Source of the DNA: Christensenellaceae bacterium
Lineage (GTDB): Bacteria > Bacillota > Clostridia > Christensenellales > Borkfalkiaceae
NCBI GenBank assembly: GCA_045651365.1
Contig: JAZRSF010000010.1
Location: 83,324 to 147,323, forward strand
Direction of reading: 5' to 3'
DNA: 64,000 nucleotides
The translations under genes were made by a program, and so were the position numbers. Shown piece after piece: positions 46,697 to 56,611 of the stretch. The notes under the pieces were generated by a model, which saw only the letters and a list, made by a program, of their open reading frames with translations, made no database searches and was not told the origin of the DNA. Each line of letters begins with the position of its first letter. Position 1 is the first letter of the stretch.

Positions 46697-48205
46697 TTAT
46701 TCGTATTTTACGCCTTCAATGGTTAATCCTTTTACGTTTTTAATATAAATATCTTGAGTGCCACCGTCAGGTCGTCTTTGTATTTTAACGTTTTTAATGG
46801 TTACGTTCTTAATTTCGTTGCCGTCGCCGTCAAAACCATCTAGGTAGATAGGAATTTTATAATCTTCCGGGTAAATAACCCTATCGTGTTTTTCTCCGTA
46901 AATAAAGATGTTTTCAATATGGATATTTTCTATATCGGTAAGCGTTCCTGCACCTTGACCATCAAGGTTCGTGCCGTATTTAGTCCTCACGCCTATTCCA
47001 GTAAGTTTGCAATTTCTAATAACGACGTTTTTAACGTAGCCACCACGAGGGAAAGCCGTTTTAACAGATAAGCCGTAGAAACTATCTGGATAATCGCAGT
47101 CCCAAACGTAAACGTTTTCAACGCCACCTGAAAGTTCGCTACCGATAGCAACGGCGTGTCCACCACGGCAATCGAAAATTCTAATGTTTTTGGTAGGCTT
47201 GTTTATGATATTACCTTCTGGGTTTTTACCACTTTTAATAGCAATTCCATCGTCAAAGGTGTCGAAAACAGTGTCAAAAACAGTGCAATCTTCACTTGAA
47301 TCCGGGTCCCAGCCGTCGCCGTTCCAAACGTGATGGTCGCCGTCGTGAGAGAAAATCTTACAGCTACAAGTAACGATATTTTTAGAATATACAAAGTGGA
47401 TATTCCAACTTGCGCCCATACCCATTTCTAGTCCACATAAAACGACGTTGTTGCAGTTGCACATATTGATAAGTCTGCCACGCGCTCTACCAGGAAGAGT
47501 GTTTATGTTTTCACAAGACGCAACGAGTTCTTTGTTTGACTCCATAAACTCTTTAAGACGAGCCTTTTCCACTTCTAGGATATTTAATGCAAGCGTTCTG
47601 CCACCACCGATTATTTTACCCGTTCCACGAATTACTACGTTTTGACAATTATATCCACCGTTTCTATCAATATTACCCATATTGATTAAAGAGCGATAAC
47701 ATTCCATTTCGTAGCCTTCAAATCTAGTTTTAACCTTTGGTAAATAATCTTCCACTTGCTTAGAACCTTGCAAAATCGCGTCGTCAAGGAACAATTCCAT
47801 ATCGGTATGTAGCATTAATCCACCAGTTAGATATTCGCCTTTAGGAATGTATACCGTTTGACCTTCCTTGCAGTCGTCTATCGCTTGTTGAAGGGCTTTG
47901 GTGTTTAAGGTTTTTCCGTCGCCAACAGCGTTATAAGGTGGCTTCGTTACGTCAATCCTCTCTCTCTTGTTTAAGGTTAATATACTTTCTTCAAAGAAAA
48001 GCGCCTTTTCACCCGAAAGGTCTATTCTTTCAATTTTAATATCGTAGTTCGTTTGACTTTCTAAATTGCTAAACGTGAAGTGCGTTTTTTTAGTTTTTTG
48101 AACTTCTTTTCCGTTTAGGTAAACTACGTAATCTATCCCGTCTGGGAGTTCCCATTCTTTATCCCAATAAAGAATAATACTATCTTCAAAAACCAATCTG
48201 TTCAT
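46697..48205 (-). CDS. Glycoside hydrolase family 28 (exo-polygalacturonase-like) with N-terminal FN3-like domain
   Basis: 502 aa with no signal peptide. It has YNAVGDGKTLNTKALQQAIDDC, WNGDGWDPDS and FDDGIAIKSGKN motifs of GH28 parallel beta-helix enzymes. Confidence 0.85.
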   Translation of the reverse strand: MNRLVFEDSIILYWDKEWELPDGIDYVVYLNGKEVQKTKKTHFTFSNLESQTNYDIKIERIDLSGEKALFFEESILTLNKRERIDVTKPPYNAVGDGKTLNTKALQQAIDDCKEGQTVYIPKGEYLTGGLMLHTDMELFLDDAILQGSKQVEDYLPKVKTRFEGYEMECYRSLINMGNIDRNGGYNCQNVVIRGTGKIIGGGRTLALNILEVEKARLKEFMESNKELVASCENINTLPGRARGRLINMCNCNNVVLCGLEMGMGASWNIHFVYSKNIVTCSCKIFSHDGDHHVWNGDGWDPDSSEDCTVFDTVFDTFDDGIAIKSGKNPEGNIINKPTKNIRIFDCRGGHAVAIGSELSGGVENVYVWDCDYPDSFYGLSVKTAFPRGGYVKNVVIRNCKLTGIGVRTKYGTNLDGQGAGTLTDIENIHIENIFIYGEKHDRVIYPEDYKIPIYLDGFDGDGNEIKNVTIKNVKIQRRPDGGTQDIYIKNVKGLTIEGVKYE

Positions 48206-48247
48206 TACGTAAACCTCTATATATTGTTAAGGTTAATTCTAGCACAA

Positions 48248-48508
48248 ATGCAAAATGCCGTCAATATTATAAGTAATTATTTTCGTAATAAAGCAAACAA
48301 TATTTATATGCCTTATTTCAACTATCACGCTAAAGCAAAACTATTAATTAAACAAGGAAAACTTATCCATTATGAAATTAAAGATAAATACAAGAATATC
48401 GCCCCTGCACTTGTTTTATATTTCGACGACATTCGCCACCCCATTATGCCCATAAGGGAACAATACTTTGGGGAATATTTAGCGTTAATTTCAAGCACAA
48501 AAAAATAG
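48248..48508 (+). CDS. Small hypothetical protein (start uncertain)
   Basis: Open frame ...YFNYHAKAKLLIKQGKLIHYEIKDKYKNIAPALVLYFDDIRHPIMPIREQYFGEYL. No start (TTG 48224, ATG 48248, ATG 48308) has a convincing SD. It ends at a shared terminator. It may not be real. Confidence 0.3.
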   Translation: MQNAVNIISNYFRNKANNIYMPYFNYHAKAKLLIKQGKLIHYEIKDKYKNIAPALVLYFDDIRHPIMPIREQYFGEYLALISSTKK

Positions 48509-48527
48509 CCTTTCGGCTATTTTTTTA
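48499..48527. terminator. Bidirectional terminator hairpin
   Basis: aaaaaa-atagcc-tttc-ggctat-ttttttt, located 7 nt below the stop of the yhcH-like gene. Confidence 0.65.
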
Positions 48528-48533
48528 TTTATT

Positions 48534-48974
48534 TTATTTTTGTTTTACCTTAAACACTATTTTTTGAACCTTATTGTCGTCTAACTTTAAGCCCGGTTTA
48601 TGAAGTTCGCCAGCAAAGAAAATAACGAAGTTTCCTTCTTCTAAATCAATGATTGCATCTTCTTTAGCGTTAGTAAAGTAGCAGTCTTTTGCATTGATTT
48701 CTTGTTCTAATGGTGCATCTTTTGAATACAAATGACGTTCCTTGCCCTTTAGAACTATTTGAATATCGATATAATCGATATGGCTTTCGTATTTATCGTC
48801 TACCTTTTCCTTGCCGATATATTCTTGTCTGTTATAGTAAACGTTTTCGTTGATTGGCGCTTTGCCAAGTTCTAAACCCATTAGGTCGTTGTTTTTGATA
48901 AAATCAACTACTGCCTTGAAGTTTGCGTTTACCTCTTGGTAATTTTTTAAGTTTTCTAATTTGTCGAGTATCAT
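48534..48974 (-). CDS. YhcH/YjgK/YiaL (DUF386) family protein
   Basis: 146 aa beta-sandwich-type sequence ending in GNFVIFFAGELHKPG, the family's F-F-P-x-D-x-H-x-P-like signature. It lies 16 nt downstream of trpB. Confidence 0.6.
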   Translation of the reverse strand: MILDKLENLKNYQEVNANFKAVVDFIKNNDLMGLELGKAPINENVYYNRQEYIGKEKVDDKYESHIDYIDIQIVLKGKERHLYSKDAPLEQEINAKDCYFTNAKEDAIIDLEEGNFVIFFAGELHKPGLKLDDNKVQKIVFKVKQK

Positions 48975-48989
48975 ATATTTTCTCCTTTA

Positions 48990-50207
48990 TTATCTAATAC
49001 CATATTTTTCAATGATATAATCCATATCTTTATCGCCACGACCAGATAGGTTGATTAATATTGAACCTTTCTTCATTTCCTTGGCTAGTTTCATAGCATA
49101 TGCTACTGCGTGTGAACTTTCAATTGCAGGGATAATGCCTTCCATTTTAGATAGCGTAAAGAAAGCGTCGATAGTTTCGTCGTCGTTTACAACGTCGTAT
49201 TTAACTCTGCCTAAATCTCTTAAGAATGCGTGTTCTGGGCCACTTGAAGGGTAATCTAGTCCACTTGCAACAGAATAAACTGGGGCAGGTTCGCCGTTTT
49301 CGTCTTTAAGCATAATACTATTAAAGCCGTGCATAATACCTTCCGTTCCGTATTTAAGGCTGGCTGCATGGTCGCCTAGTTTTGGGCCTTTACCTAAAGG
49401 CTCTACACCGTAAAGTTGAACTGGGTCGTTAAGGAATCCAGAGAAGATACCCATTGCGTTAGAGCCACCACCTACACAAGCAACTACTGCGTCTGGAAGT
49501 TCGCCCGTCATTTCTAAAAATTGAGACCTTGCCTCTACACCAACCACGCTTTGGAAATCACGCACTAACATTGGGAATGGGTGTGGTCCTAACACCGAGC
49601 CGATACAATAAATAGCGTCTTTATACTCTCTTTGATAAGCGTCGAACGCTGCGTCTACAGCCTCTTTAAGGGTTGCTAGTCCGTGAGTAACTTCTACAAC
49701 GTTAGCACCTAAAATTTTCATTCTTGCAACGTTTGGTGCTTGTTTTTTAATATCAACCGAACCCATATAGATGTCGCATTCAAGACCAAAGTATGCCGCC
49801 GCCGTAGCAAGCGCAACACCGTGTTGACCTGCTCCCGTTTCGGCAATAATCTTTTTCTTGCCCATGTATTTTGCTAGTAAACCTTCGCCCATACAATGGT
49901 TTAGTTTGTGTGCACCCGTGTGGTTAAGGTCTTCACGCTTAACGTAAAGTTGAACGTTGCCTATGCTTCTAGAAAGTCTTTCTAGGTGTGAAATAGGGGT
50001 TGGTCTACCTTGGAACTCTTTGCGAATTTTTCTTAATTCACTAATGAACTTTGAAGACTTACAAATGGTTTGATATGCAATGCTAATTTCTTCCATAGCA
50101 GCCTTAAGTTCCGGCTTAATGTATGCCCCACCATATTTACCAAAAAAGCCTTGTTCGTTTGGGTAATCTTTAAAATAAGTATCAAAATTTACTTCGTTAA
50201 ATTTCAT
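48990..50207 (-). CDS. trpB: Tryptophan synthase beta chain (stand-alone)
   Basis: 405 aa with the PLP-lysine motif [11 protein letters not shown], plus [16 protein letters not shown] and [13 protein letters not shown]. No trpA or other trp gene is adjacent. Confidence 0.92.
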   Translation of the reverse strand: MKFNEVNFDTYFKDYPNEQGFFGKYGGAYIKPELKAAMEEISIAYQTICKSSKFISELRKIRKEFQGRPTPISHLERLSRSIGNVQLYVKREDLNHTGAHKLNHCMGEGLLAKYMGKKKIIAETGAGQHGVALATAAAYFGLECDIYMGSVDIKKQAPNVARMKILGANVVEVTHGLATLKEAVDAAFDAYQREYKDAIYCIGSVLGPHPFPMLVRDFQSVVGVEARSQFLEMTGELPDAVVACVGGGSNAMGIFSGFLNDPVQLYGVEPLGKGPKLGDHAASLKYGTEGIMHGFNSIMLKDENGEPAPVYSVASGLDYPSSGPEHAFLRDLGRVKYDVVNDDETIDAFFTLSKMEGIIPAIESSHAVAYAMKLAKEMKKGSILINLSGRGDKDMDYIIEKYGIR

Positions 50208-50324
50208 TTTTCTTTTCTCCTTAAGTTGAATAATAATGTTTTTACCTTGGATTAAATCCTTAATTCTTGCTTGTTGGCTTTCGCCACCTTTTTGTAAATA
50301 ACATAATTATCTCCTTTTGATAAT

Positions 50325-50588
50325 AAAAAATCCTCGACAGAAAAACCTGTCAAGGACGAATAATTCTTTATCCGTGGTGCCACCTTGTTTGACGCTCTTG
50401 CGCCCACTTTAACACGTTCTATAAAACGCAGACTTTGTTTACGAAGCGTCAACTCCGTCTTACCTACTCTTTTTAGATTTCAGTTCGCCCTCAAAAGCCC
50501 ATTCGGTTTAGTATTTTTTATTGCAATCTCACCATCTGCAACTCTCTTTGAAAAAATTTAAAAAACTTACTACTCTTTCTCAACGGTT
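50325..50588 (-). promoter_or_regulatory. T-box leader (tRNA-Trp specific) with intrinsic terminator
   Basis: The minus strand shows the following elements. Stem I start GTTGAGAAAGAGTAGTAAG. An AGAGA bulge. Specifier context CCGAA-UGG-G, with the codon at 50499-50501. T-box sequence AAACAAGGTGGCACCACGG at ~50371-50389. Terminator TCGTCCTTGACAGG-TTTTT-CTGTCGAGGA followed by U6. The UGGC bulge fits the G73 discriminator of tRNA-Trp. Confidence 0.8.
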
Positions 50589-50594
50589 TATTTT

Positions 50595-50623
50595 ATTATA
50601 TTTTGTTAAAAACTTTTTGTCAA
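50595..50623 (-). promoter_or_regulatory. Consensus sigma-A promoter of the T-box/trpB operon
   Basis: The minus strand reads TTGACA-17 nt-TATAAT exactly (-35 at 50618-50623, -10 at 50595-50600). Confidence 0.7.
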
Positions 50624-50689
50624 CTGTTTTATGAATTATTTTTAACTAGTCTTTTATTCCCTCTTTCATCCTTGACTTTATAGGTTTAT

Positions 50690-51868
50690 TTATAGACCGA
50701 GTTGTTCATACATAAACACTAGTTTTTCCTTTTGTTCGTCGGTTAGATTTTGGCTTATCTTTAGTTTTTCTTTTGCTATGTTTCTTGATTTCTTCCTAAA
50801 CAACTTAAACCATCTAACCACTATGAAAAGTGGATATAATAGACAGCACTTTTTAATTACAGGGTAATAAATTGAAAGTTCTTTATATGGAACGAATAGT
50901 CTTGAAAAAATAAAGGTTAGTTTGTTTTTCCTTTGCATTTGTTGAACGGCTATAAGTTGTTCTAGCGTTCCGTATACCCCACCACGTAGGATATATTCTT
51001 CCATTTGTTGGGTTAAAAAGGTATGTTTTTCGCCGTCAAACCAAACGAATGAAAGAAGTTTTGACTTTTTATAAAACTCGGTTAAATTATACTTGTATGC
51101 AAACTTAAAATTGTCAAAGATAGCAAACAAAGCTCTTTCGTCAAACGAAGTTTTATTGCATAATAGCCAAAGGTCCATTAAAATACGAATTCCACAACCA
51201 CCACTCTTGAAGTGCTTTGCCATATGGAAAATAAAGTATGCTAAAAAGCATTCTTTAGTCATTTCAAAGAAATATTCGTAGCCGTCTTTCTTTCTAGCCG
51301 TTGACCACACGTAGTTTACGAACGAGTTTTTTTGCTTAACTTCGCTAATTAGTTGATAGTGAAGTTCTATTTGTTCGCCACCTTCGCTTTCTAAATGCAC
51401 GTCGTAGTTTTGTTGTTTACCAACAGGCTTTGCGATAGGTGAAAGCGCCTTAACTGCTCTATCAAAGTCTTTCTCACGCACGAGAATATCAATATCGCAA
51501 CTTGTTCTCATCTCAGGGCGTGGGTAAAGGTTTCTAATTATCGCTCCTTTTAGTGGAATAAACGGAATCTTTGCGTTTTCTAGCGCAAAGCAAGCCTTTT
51601 CGTATATATGCTTGGTTCTTTCGTATCTTAAAACCGAAAGCATTTGTTGATAACGGAATTTGCTTAAAACTTCTTCTAATTGGGGGTTAAAGTTGGTAGA
51701 AAAAACTTCGTTTTGAAGTAGATAATCACCCACGACGCTAGCAATATCGTGGAATTTACTAAAATTATAAATTACCGATAGATTATCTTTATCTAACAGT
51801 TTTTTATCCACTTCGCAATTTTGATTATTAAGTTGACTTTTTAGAATATCAAACAAAAGTTTTTTCAA
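50690..51868 (-). CDS. Uncharacterised nucleotidyltransferase family protein (NTP_transf_5-like)
   Basis: 392 aa. The PEMRTSCDIDILV motif and overall size fit the family often found at the ends of polysaccharide loci. The start is TTG, preceded by GGGAGTGGG. The call is from memory. Confidence 0.45.
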   Translation of the reverse strand: MKKLLFDILKSQLNNQNCEVDKKLLDKDNLSVIYNFSKFHDIASVVGDYLLQNEVFSTNFNPQLEEVLSKFRYQQMLSVLRYERTKHIYEKACFALENAKIPFIPLKGAIIRNLYPRPEMRTSCDIDILVREKDFDRAVKALSPIAKPVGKQQNYDVHLESEGGEQIELHYQLISEVKQKNSFVNYVWSTARKKDGYEYFFEMTKECFLAYFIFHMAKHFKSGGCGIRILMDLWLLCNKTSFDERALFAIFDNFKFAYKYNLTEFYKKSKLLSFVWFDGEKHTFLTQQMEEYILRGGVYGTLEQLIAVQQMQRKNKLTFIFSRLFVPYKELSIYYPVIKKCCLLYPLFIVVRWFKLFRKKSRNIAKEKLKISQNLTDEQKEKLVFMYEQLGL

Positions 51869-51919
51869 AAGCCCACTCCCTTATTTATCTTTGGTAAATA
51901 TTGAGAAATTAAACGAAAA

Positions 51920-52459
51920 TTAGTTTTCCTTTCTATATTTAAGTACTCTTGCAGGGTTGCCACCTACTACGGCATAATCAGGAACGTCTTTAGTAACTAC
52001 TGCTCCTGCGCCGATTATAGCGCCATTACCCACGTGAACGCCAGGAAGAATAATAACTCTTCCACCAATCCACACGTCGTCTCCTATTATTACGGGCTTT
52101 TCTTGAGAAAAACCTTGTTTGTTCATTGGAATTGAGGTGTCGCTAAAAGCATGGTTTTTAGTATAGACAATACAATCAGGACCCATCATAACGTCCTTAC
52201 CAATTATAACTTTTCCGTGCATTCTTGCGTTTATGCCTACACCAGAACGGTCGCCAATCTCCATAGTGGAGGTTATCATTGCTCCTTTTTCAATATTAAC
52301 GTCTTTACCTACGTATGCTAAAAACTTTCTAGCCGTTTTCTCTCTCATTTTTTTAGCACGCTTTCCACCTTTGTCAAACGAACAAGGTCTTTTCACTGCA
52401 ATTTTAAAATATAGCCAAATATTAAATCTTCTAGAAATTTTTCTAAACAATTTCTTCAT
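51920..52459 (-). CDS. Left-handed beta-helix (hexapeptide repeat) O-acetyltransferase
   Basis: 179 aa with hexapeptide run [31 protein letters not shown] and a C-terminal VGGNPARV. Confidence 0.85.
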   Translation of the reverse strand: MKKLFRKISRRFNIWLYFKIAVKRPCSFDKGGKRAKKMREKTARKFLAYVGKDVNIEKGAMITSTMEIGDRSGVGINARMHGKVIIGKDVMMGPDCIVYTKNHAFSDTSIPMNKQGFSQEKPVIIGDDVWIGGRVIILPGVHVGNGAIIGAGAVVTKDVPDYAVVGGNPARVLKYRKEN

Positions 52460-52477
52460 TTAGTTTCCTCCGAATCT

Positions 52478-53938
52478 TCAACTAACCTTTCTTTTCCTTT
52501 TTAACATTGATTTTAATATATCTAGAAAATAGGTTAAGTCTTTATTCTTTATTATTACGTTTACTGCTAGATAAACGATTACACCAACCACCCCTTGAAT
52601 TAATAATAACAAAAATTTATTAATGGCTAAATAACCTATAAAATAAACGGCAAGACACATTATAAACGTTGATAATAAATTCTTAATAATATCAATTAAT
52701 TGATACCAATAGGTATATCCTAACAATTTTCTATTCGGGATAGTGTTTATTAGGGTTGCAATTAACGTAGTAGCAATATTAGAAATTGCAAAAACTATTG
52801 GAGAAGACGATACGAAAATAAATATAATTATTACAATAGCATATAAGGATTTTTTTATTATTTCCAAAATAAGTGTTATATCTGTTCTTCCCATAGCGTT
52901 AATTGCCTGTATGTTTCCTATCTGAACCAAATTGAGCATATAACAAAAACAAAAAATTTGCAAGTATGGAACTATGGGCAACCATCTAGAAGTCAAAACT
53001 ACTTCCACAAAGTTACTTGCGACTGCCGCAAAGCCCATCATTAATGGAAACATTATGAAAGACGAACACCTAATATATCTTCTAGTAGCAGAAAGAACTG
53101 CTTTTGGCTCTCTATTTAATTTAGAAAGAGCAGGGAACATAACGCTAGCCATAGTGCTATTTATCGTTGAATTTATTAAATTTGGATATTGATTTCCTTT
53201 ATTGTAAAAAGCCAAATCGGTGGGGGTAAACTTAATGCCTACGATTAAAGGTCTAGCCTCGTTGTAAGCAGTAGAAATTATTGAAGAAACAAATAATTTC
53301 CAACCAAAATGTAAATGTTCTTTTAATTTCGAAAAAGAAAAAATAAATCTTAATTTCAACTTGCTCGTTCCAAACAACAAAACCGTATCTATAAAACTAT
53401 TAGTGAGTTGTTGTGCAACCAACGCCCATGCTCCAAAACCACGCATTGCAAGGGCTATGCCAACTATACCGGATATTATCGTTCCTATAATGGTAGTTAT
53501 AAAGAACTTTTTAAAATCCATATTGTTAGAAACGTATGCGCAAATTACCGACTTAAAAGCATTTATATAAAGTAGCAAGCCCATTACCCTTAAAACGGGA
53601 ATAAGAAGTTGGTTATCATAAATGTTCGCAATTAACGGAGCACAAAAAAATAAAGTTATATAAAAGATGGTAGCAATTACAATATTAGCAAACAAAACGG
53701 TGGAATAATCGCCAACGTCCGAATCTTTTTTCTGTACAAGGGATAAATTTAGTCCTCCGTTTATAAAAACGTCGGCAATTTCAATAAATATAAAAACAAT
53801 ACTTATAACGCTGTAGTCTTTAGGAAATAAAATGCGCGCTAAAGTTATGGAAACAACTAATGAAACCATTTTAGCGCAAATTCTTTCTAAGAACTTCCAC
53901 ATCATACTATTTACTGTTTTAGATTTTAAGTTATCCAT
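52478..53938 (-). CDS. wzx: Polysaccharide flippase (MOP/Wzx family)
   Basis: 486 aa with about 12-14 TM segments. The N-terminal WKFLERICAKMVSLVVSITLARIL is typical of PST-family flippases. Confidence 0.8.
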   Translation of the reverse strand: MDNLKSKTVNSMMWKFLERICAKMVSLVVSITLARILFPKDYSVISIVFIFIEIADVFINGGLNLSLVQKKDSDVGDYSTVLFANIVIATIFYITLFFCAPLIANIYDNQLLIPVLRVMGLLLYINAFKSVICAYVSNNMDFKKFFITTIIGTIISGIVGIALAMRGFGAWALVAQQLTNSFIDTVLLFGTSKLKLRFIFSFSKLKEHLHFGWKLFVSSIISTAYNEARPLIVGIKFTPTDLAFYNKGNQYPNLINSTINSTMASVMFPALSKLNREPKAVLSATRRYIRCSSFIMFPLMMGFAAVASNFVEVVLTSRWLPIVPYLQIFCFCYMLNLVQIGNIQAINAMGRTDITLILEIIKKSLYAIVIIIFIFVSSSPIVFAISNIATTLIATLINTIPNRKLLGYTYWYQLIDIIKNLLSTFIMCLAVYFIGYLAINKFLLLLIQGVVGVIVYLAVNVIIKNKDLTYFLDILKSMLKRKRKVS

Positions 53939-53957
53939 TTATGCTCCAATCAAAGTA

Positions 53958-54320
53958 TTACTTGATTTTTAAATCGGTTTTAATTTGAGTAGTGCTAATT
54001 TCTGACGTTCTAGATAAATAAACTACTTCGCAACCTTCTTTTTCAAGGAAATCGAATTTACCTTTCCAGTCGTCGCCAATAACAAAGGTATCCACGTGAT
54101 ATTCGTGAACGTCGGTTACCTTTTGTCCCCAAGATTCTTCAGGGATAACTAGGTCAACGTATCTTACAGCCTCAACTAACTTTTTTCTTTGCTCGTAAGA
54201 AAAATAACACTTTTTTGTTTTTCGTTCCAGTTAAATTCGTCGGTAGAAGCGGCTACTATTAAACAATCTCCAAGTTTTTTCGCTCTTTTTAATAGATTGA
54301 TGTGTCCGTAATGCAAATAG
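53958..54320 (-). pseudogene. tagD: Glycerol-3-phosphate cytidylyltransferase (TagD-like) pseudogene: N-terminus missing, one frameshift
   Basis: Manual translation gives LHYGHINLLKRAKKLGDCLIVAASTDEFNWNEKQK, then a frameshift in the T6-G-T5 run at ~54208-54222. It continues KKCYFSYEQRKKLVEAVRYVDLVIPEESWGQKVTDVHEYHVDTFVIGDDWKGKFDFLEKEGCEVVYLSRTSEISTTQIKTDLKIK*. This is very close to B. subtilis TagD as remembered. Confidence 0.8.
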
Positions 54321-54324
54321 ATTT

Positions 54325-54619
54325 TAAATTATCTATATTGTTTGCTACATTTTCTATAAATAAACACAACTCTTCTATCTTATAAATTTTTTCTGCGCCC
54401 CTTACAATCTCATTAGGGTCTAAAGGTAGGGCACCAAACTATTACCTTATTAAATTTCTTTCCAAAAATTTTTTCTAACGGAAGAGTTAGTTTTTTACAC
54501 AAGATGTCTGTCCTGGCATACCCTAAAGGAATAATTCTGCATGCAGTTCCCTCTTCTTCAAATTTAAATTTATATGTATTAGTTTTCTTATAAAACCCAA
54601 ATACACCCTCTCTATTCAT
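54325..54619 (-). pseudogene. CDP-glycerol glycerophosphotransferase (TagF-like) remnant with internal deletion
   Basis: The 68-codon ORF ...GYARTDILCKK...KVIVWCPTFRP parallels GYPRNDELL...KILVWYPTYRQ of the intact gene at 55469-56611. After a stop, the tail ...IVRGAEKIYKIEELCLFIENVANNIDNLKS parallels its C-terminus YLKGAEKIYTLMEFKQFISRVCNGIDLLKK. Confidence 0.7.
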
Positions 54620-54830
54620 AAAATGCTTTTAATTTTTTCTTCTGCTATACCATTAAAACGCAATTCTTTCCCTGCTTATGGCTTGTTGTTTTGCAGATTT
54701 ATTATTTCATTGGCAATATCTTTAGGTTTATCGTTAACTATAACAACGTTTTCTATTTGTTTTTGAAAAGTCCTAAAAGCTTTGATATCGCTTAATGCCA
54801 TATTCTTGCTAAATACAGCAACTTCTTTTT
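54616..54830 (-). pseudogene. Glycosyltransferase C-terminal remnant with in-frame stop
   Basis: Manual translation gives ALSDIKAFRTFQKQIENVVIVNDKPKDIANEIINLQNNKP*AGKELRFNGIAEEKIKSIL*. This looks like the tail of a GT4-type enzyme. Its TGA overlaps the ATG of the next remnant (ATGA). Confidence 0.35.
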
Positions 54831-54831
54831 C

Positions 54832-55012
54832 ATTGCACCCTTTTCAATGTTAACGACCTTACCTACGTATGCTAAAAATTTTCTTGCACAACGTGCACGC
54901 ATTTTCTTAGCGCGTTTACCACCCTTGTCATAAGAAGCAGAATTTTTTACGGCAATTTTAAAGTATAGCCAAATATTAAATCTTCGTGAAATTTTTTGAA
55001 TATTGTTTTCAT
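54832..55012 (-). pseudogene. 5' fragment (about 60 codons) of a hexapeptide acetyltransferase gene, frameshifted
   Basis: The nucleotide sequence is clearly alignable to 52270-52459. It translates [53 protein letters not shown], versus [53 protein letters not shown]. The ATG at 55012 is out of frame through an A-run. Confidence 0.8.
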
Positions 55013-55032
55013 TAGATTTTAATCCTTTCCAA

Positions 55033-55452
55033 TTAGTCTTTTTTCATTTTTTCTCTTAAGAGCGTTGATGAGATACTATCCGTATGAGGCAAATAAATTA
55101 CGTCACAATTAACTAACTTGAATTGTTTTTCGTATTCATCCCATTCTTTAGTCCCCTGCCAATCAGAGCCAACAAAAACCACGTCACACCTCAATTTACT
55201 AATCGCATTAAATTTATCCATATTTTCTTGTTTAACAACTTCATCTACATATTTTATAGAGCTTACTATCTCCATGCGTTGATTTTCTGGAATTACGGGC
55301 AATTTCTTTTTTCTTTTGCAACAAAGCTCATCAGTAGTAACACCTACTATTAAATATTCACAATTCTCTTTTGCTCTTCTTAAAATATTTAAGTGGCCTA
55401 TGTGAAACATATCAAAAACACCCGTTGTATACCCTCTTCTATATTTTTTCAT
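55033..55452 (-). CDS. Cytidylyltransferase family protein (TagD-like, probable glycerol-3-phosphate cytidylyltransferase)
   Basis: 139 aa with GVFDMFHIGHLNILRRAK (HxGH), VGSDW and PHTDSISST (the RTxGISTT equivalent). Confidence 0.75.
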   Translation of the reverse strand: MKKYRRGYTTGVFDMFHIGHLNILRRAKENCEYLIVGVTTDELCCKRKKKLPVIPENQRMEIVSSIKYVDEVVKQENMDKFNAISKLRCDVVFVGSDWQGTKEWDEYEKQFKLVNCDVIYLPHTDSISSTLLREKMKKD

Positions 55453-55468
55453 ATACTCTCTCCCACTT

Positions 55469-56611
55469 TTACAACTTTGCTTTTTCTATAATAAAATCGA
55501 CAACACGACTTGAATTTCTTCCATCTGAAGAAAAATTAACAAAGTCCTTAACTTCGTTACGTTCTTTTTTTAATAAATCTATACCATTACAAACTCTTGA
55601 AATAAATTGCTTAAATTCCATTAACGTATATATTTTTTCAGCTCCCTTTAGATATGTGTCTAAATCAACTGCAAAACCTGGACATTTTTTATATTCTTCT
55701 ATATCTTCCCATATAACGGCAATAGGTTTATCACATAGCGTAAAGTCATAGTAAACCGATGAATAATCCGTTATAAGAGCATCACAATTGCCTATAAAAG
55801 TATAAGATGAAATTTTATTATCAATAAAAAACTCATCATTTATAAATCGTATATTGCTTAAATTTAAGTCCTTAATACATGTTACATCTTGGGCAAAATG
55901 TGGTTTCATAACAATTAAGGCATTCTTCTCCCTAGCCCACTCGTTTAATTCTAAAGCACTGCTTTCGTTATGAATTATAGGCAAAGCAGACGAGTTTGTT
56001 TTTATTCCGTTTTTATTTTTGTTTTGGCGATAGGTAGGATACCATACTAAAATTTTATCACAATCAGTTTTTAGAATTCTTTTGATATCAACAGGGTTAT
56101 TCAACAGTTCGTCGTTTCGTGGATAACCTAATCCAACCATTTTTCTTTCGTCTATATGTTTTTCATATGCATACAATTTTTCAACATTTTTAGAAGCAAC
56201 AAGAGCATAGTCGATACTCGTTGGCACACCATAAAAATCTCTAACACTTTTTATAGGTGTCCCATGCGATAGGTAAAAAGCTACCTGATCCTCCCTTTGT
56301 GAAGTTAAACAACGATTACATGATATAAAACATTTGGCTAAAAAACCCAATCTAAGTCTCGAAATTTTCGAAAAAAACGTTTTATGTAAATTATTCTTCA
56401 AGTATACAACATTTTTATACTTTGGGTAATTTTTCTTATCCTTTTCGATTAACCAAACTAATTTATATCGTTTATTAAACCCCCGTCGAATAAACTCGTC
56501 AAAAACAGCTTTCGTGTTGTCTGAAAGGTCGGGAACACTTTCAAAAACAATAATGTTTTGTAAGGGCTTAGACTGTAATTTACTTTTTAAAAAATCAACT
56601 ATTTTTTTCAT
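55469..56611 (-). CDS. CDP-glycerol glycerophosphotransferase family (TagF/TagB-like)
   Basis: I moved the start to ATG 56611 (MKKIVDF..., AGGGG upstream). Motifs ILVWYPTYRQ and ALITDYSSVYYDF are present. The 40 upstream codons of the track ORF belong to the wzx remnant. Confidence 0.8.
   Translation of the reverse strand: MKKIVDFLKSKLQSKPLQNIIVFESVPDLSDNTKAVFDEFIRRGFNKRYKLVWLIEKDKKNYPKYKNVVYLKNNLHKTFFSKISRLRLGFLAKCFISCNRCLTSQREDQVAFYLSHGTPIKSVRDFYGVPTSIDYALVASKNVEKLYAYEKHIDERKMVGLGYPRNDELLNNPVDIKRILKTDCDKILVWYPTYRQNKNKNGIKTNSSALPIIHNESSALELNEWAREKNALIVMKPHFAQDVTCIKDLNLSNIRFINDEFFIDNKISSYTFIGNCDALITDYSSVYYDFTLCDKPIAVIWEDIEEYKKCPGFAVDLDTYLKGAEKIYTLMEFKQFISRVCNGIDLLKKERNEVKDFVNFSSDGRNSSRVVDFIIEKAKL

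Noticed and set aside
50252-50452. 66-aa ORF upstream of trpB
   Set aside because: It lies entirely within the T-box leader, spanning the T-box sequence and terminator. It has no SD.
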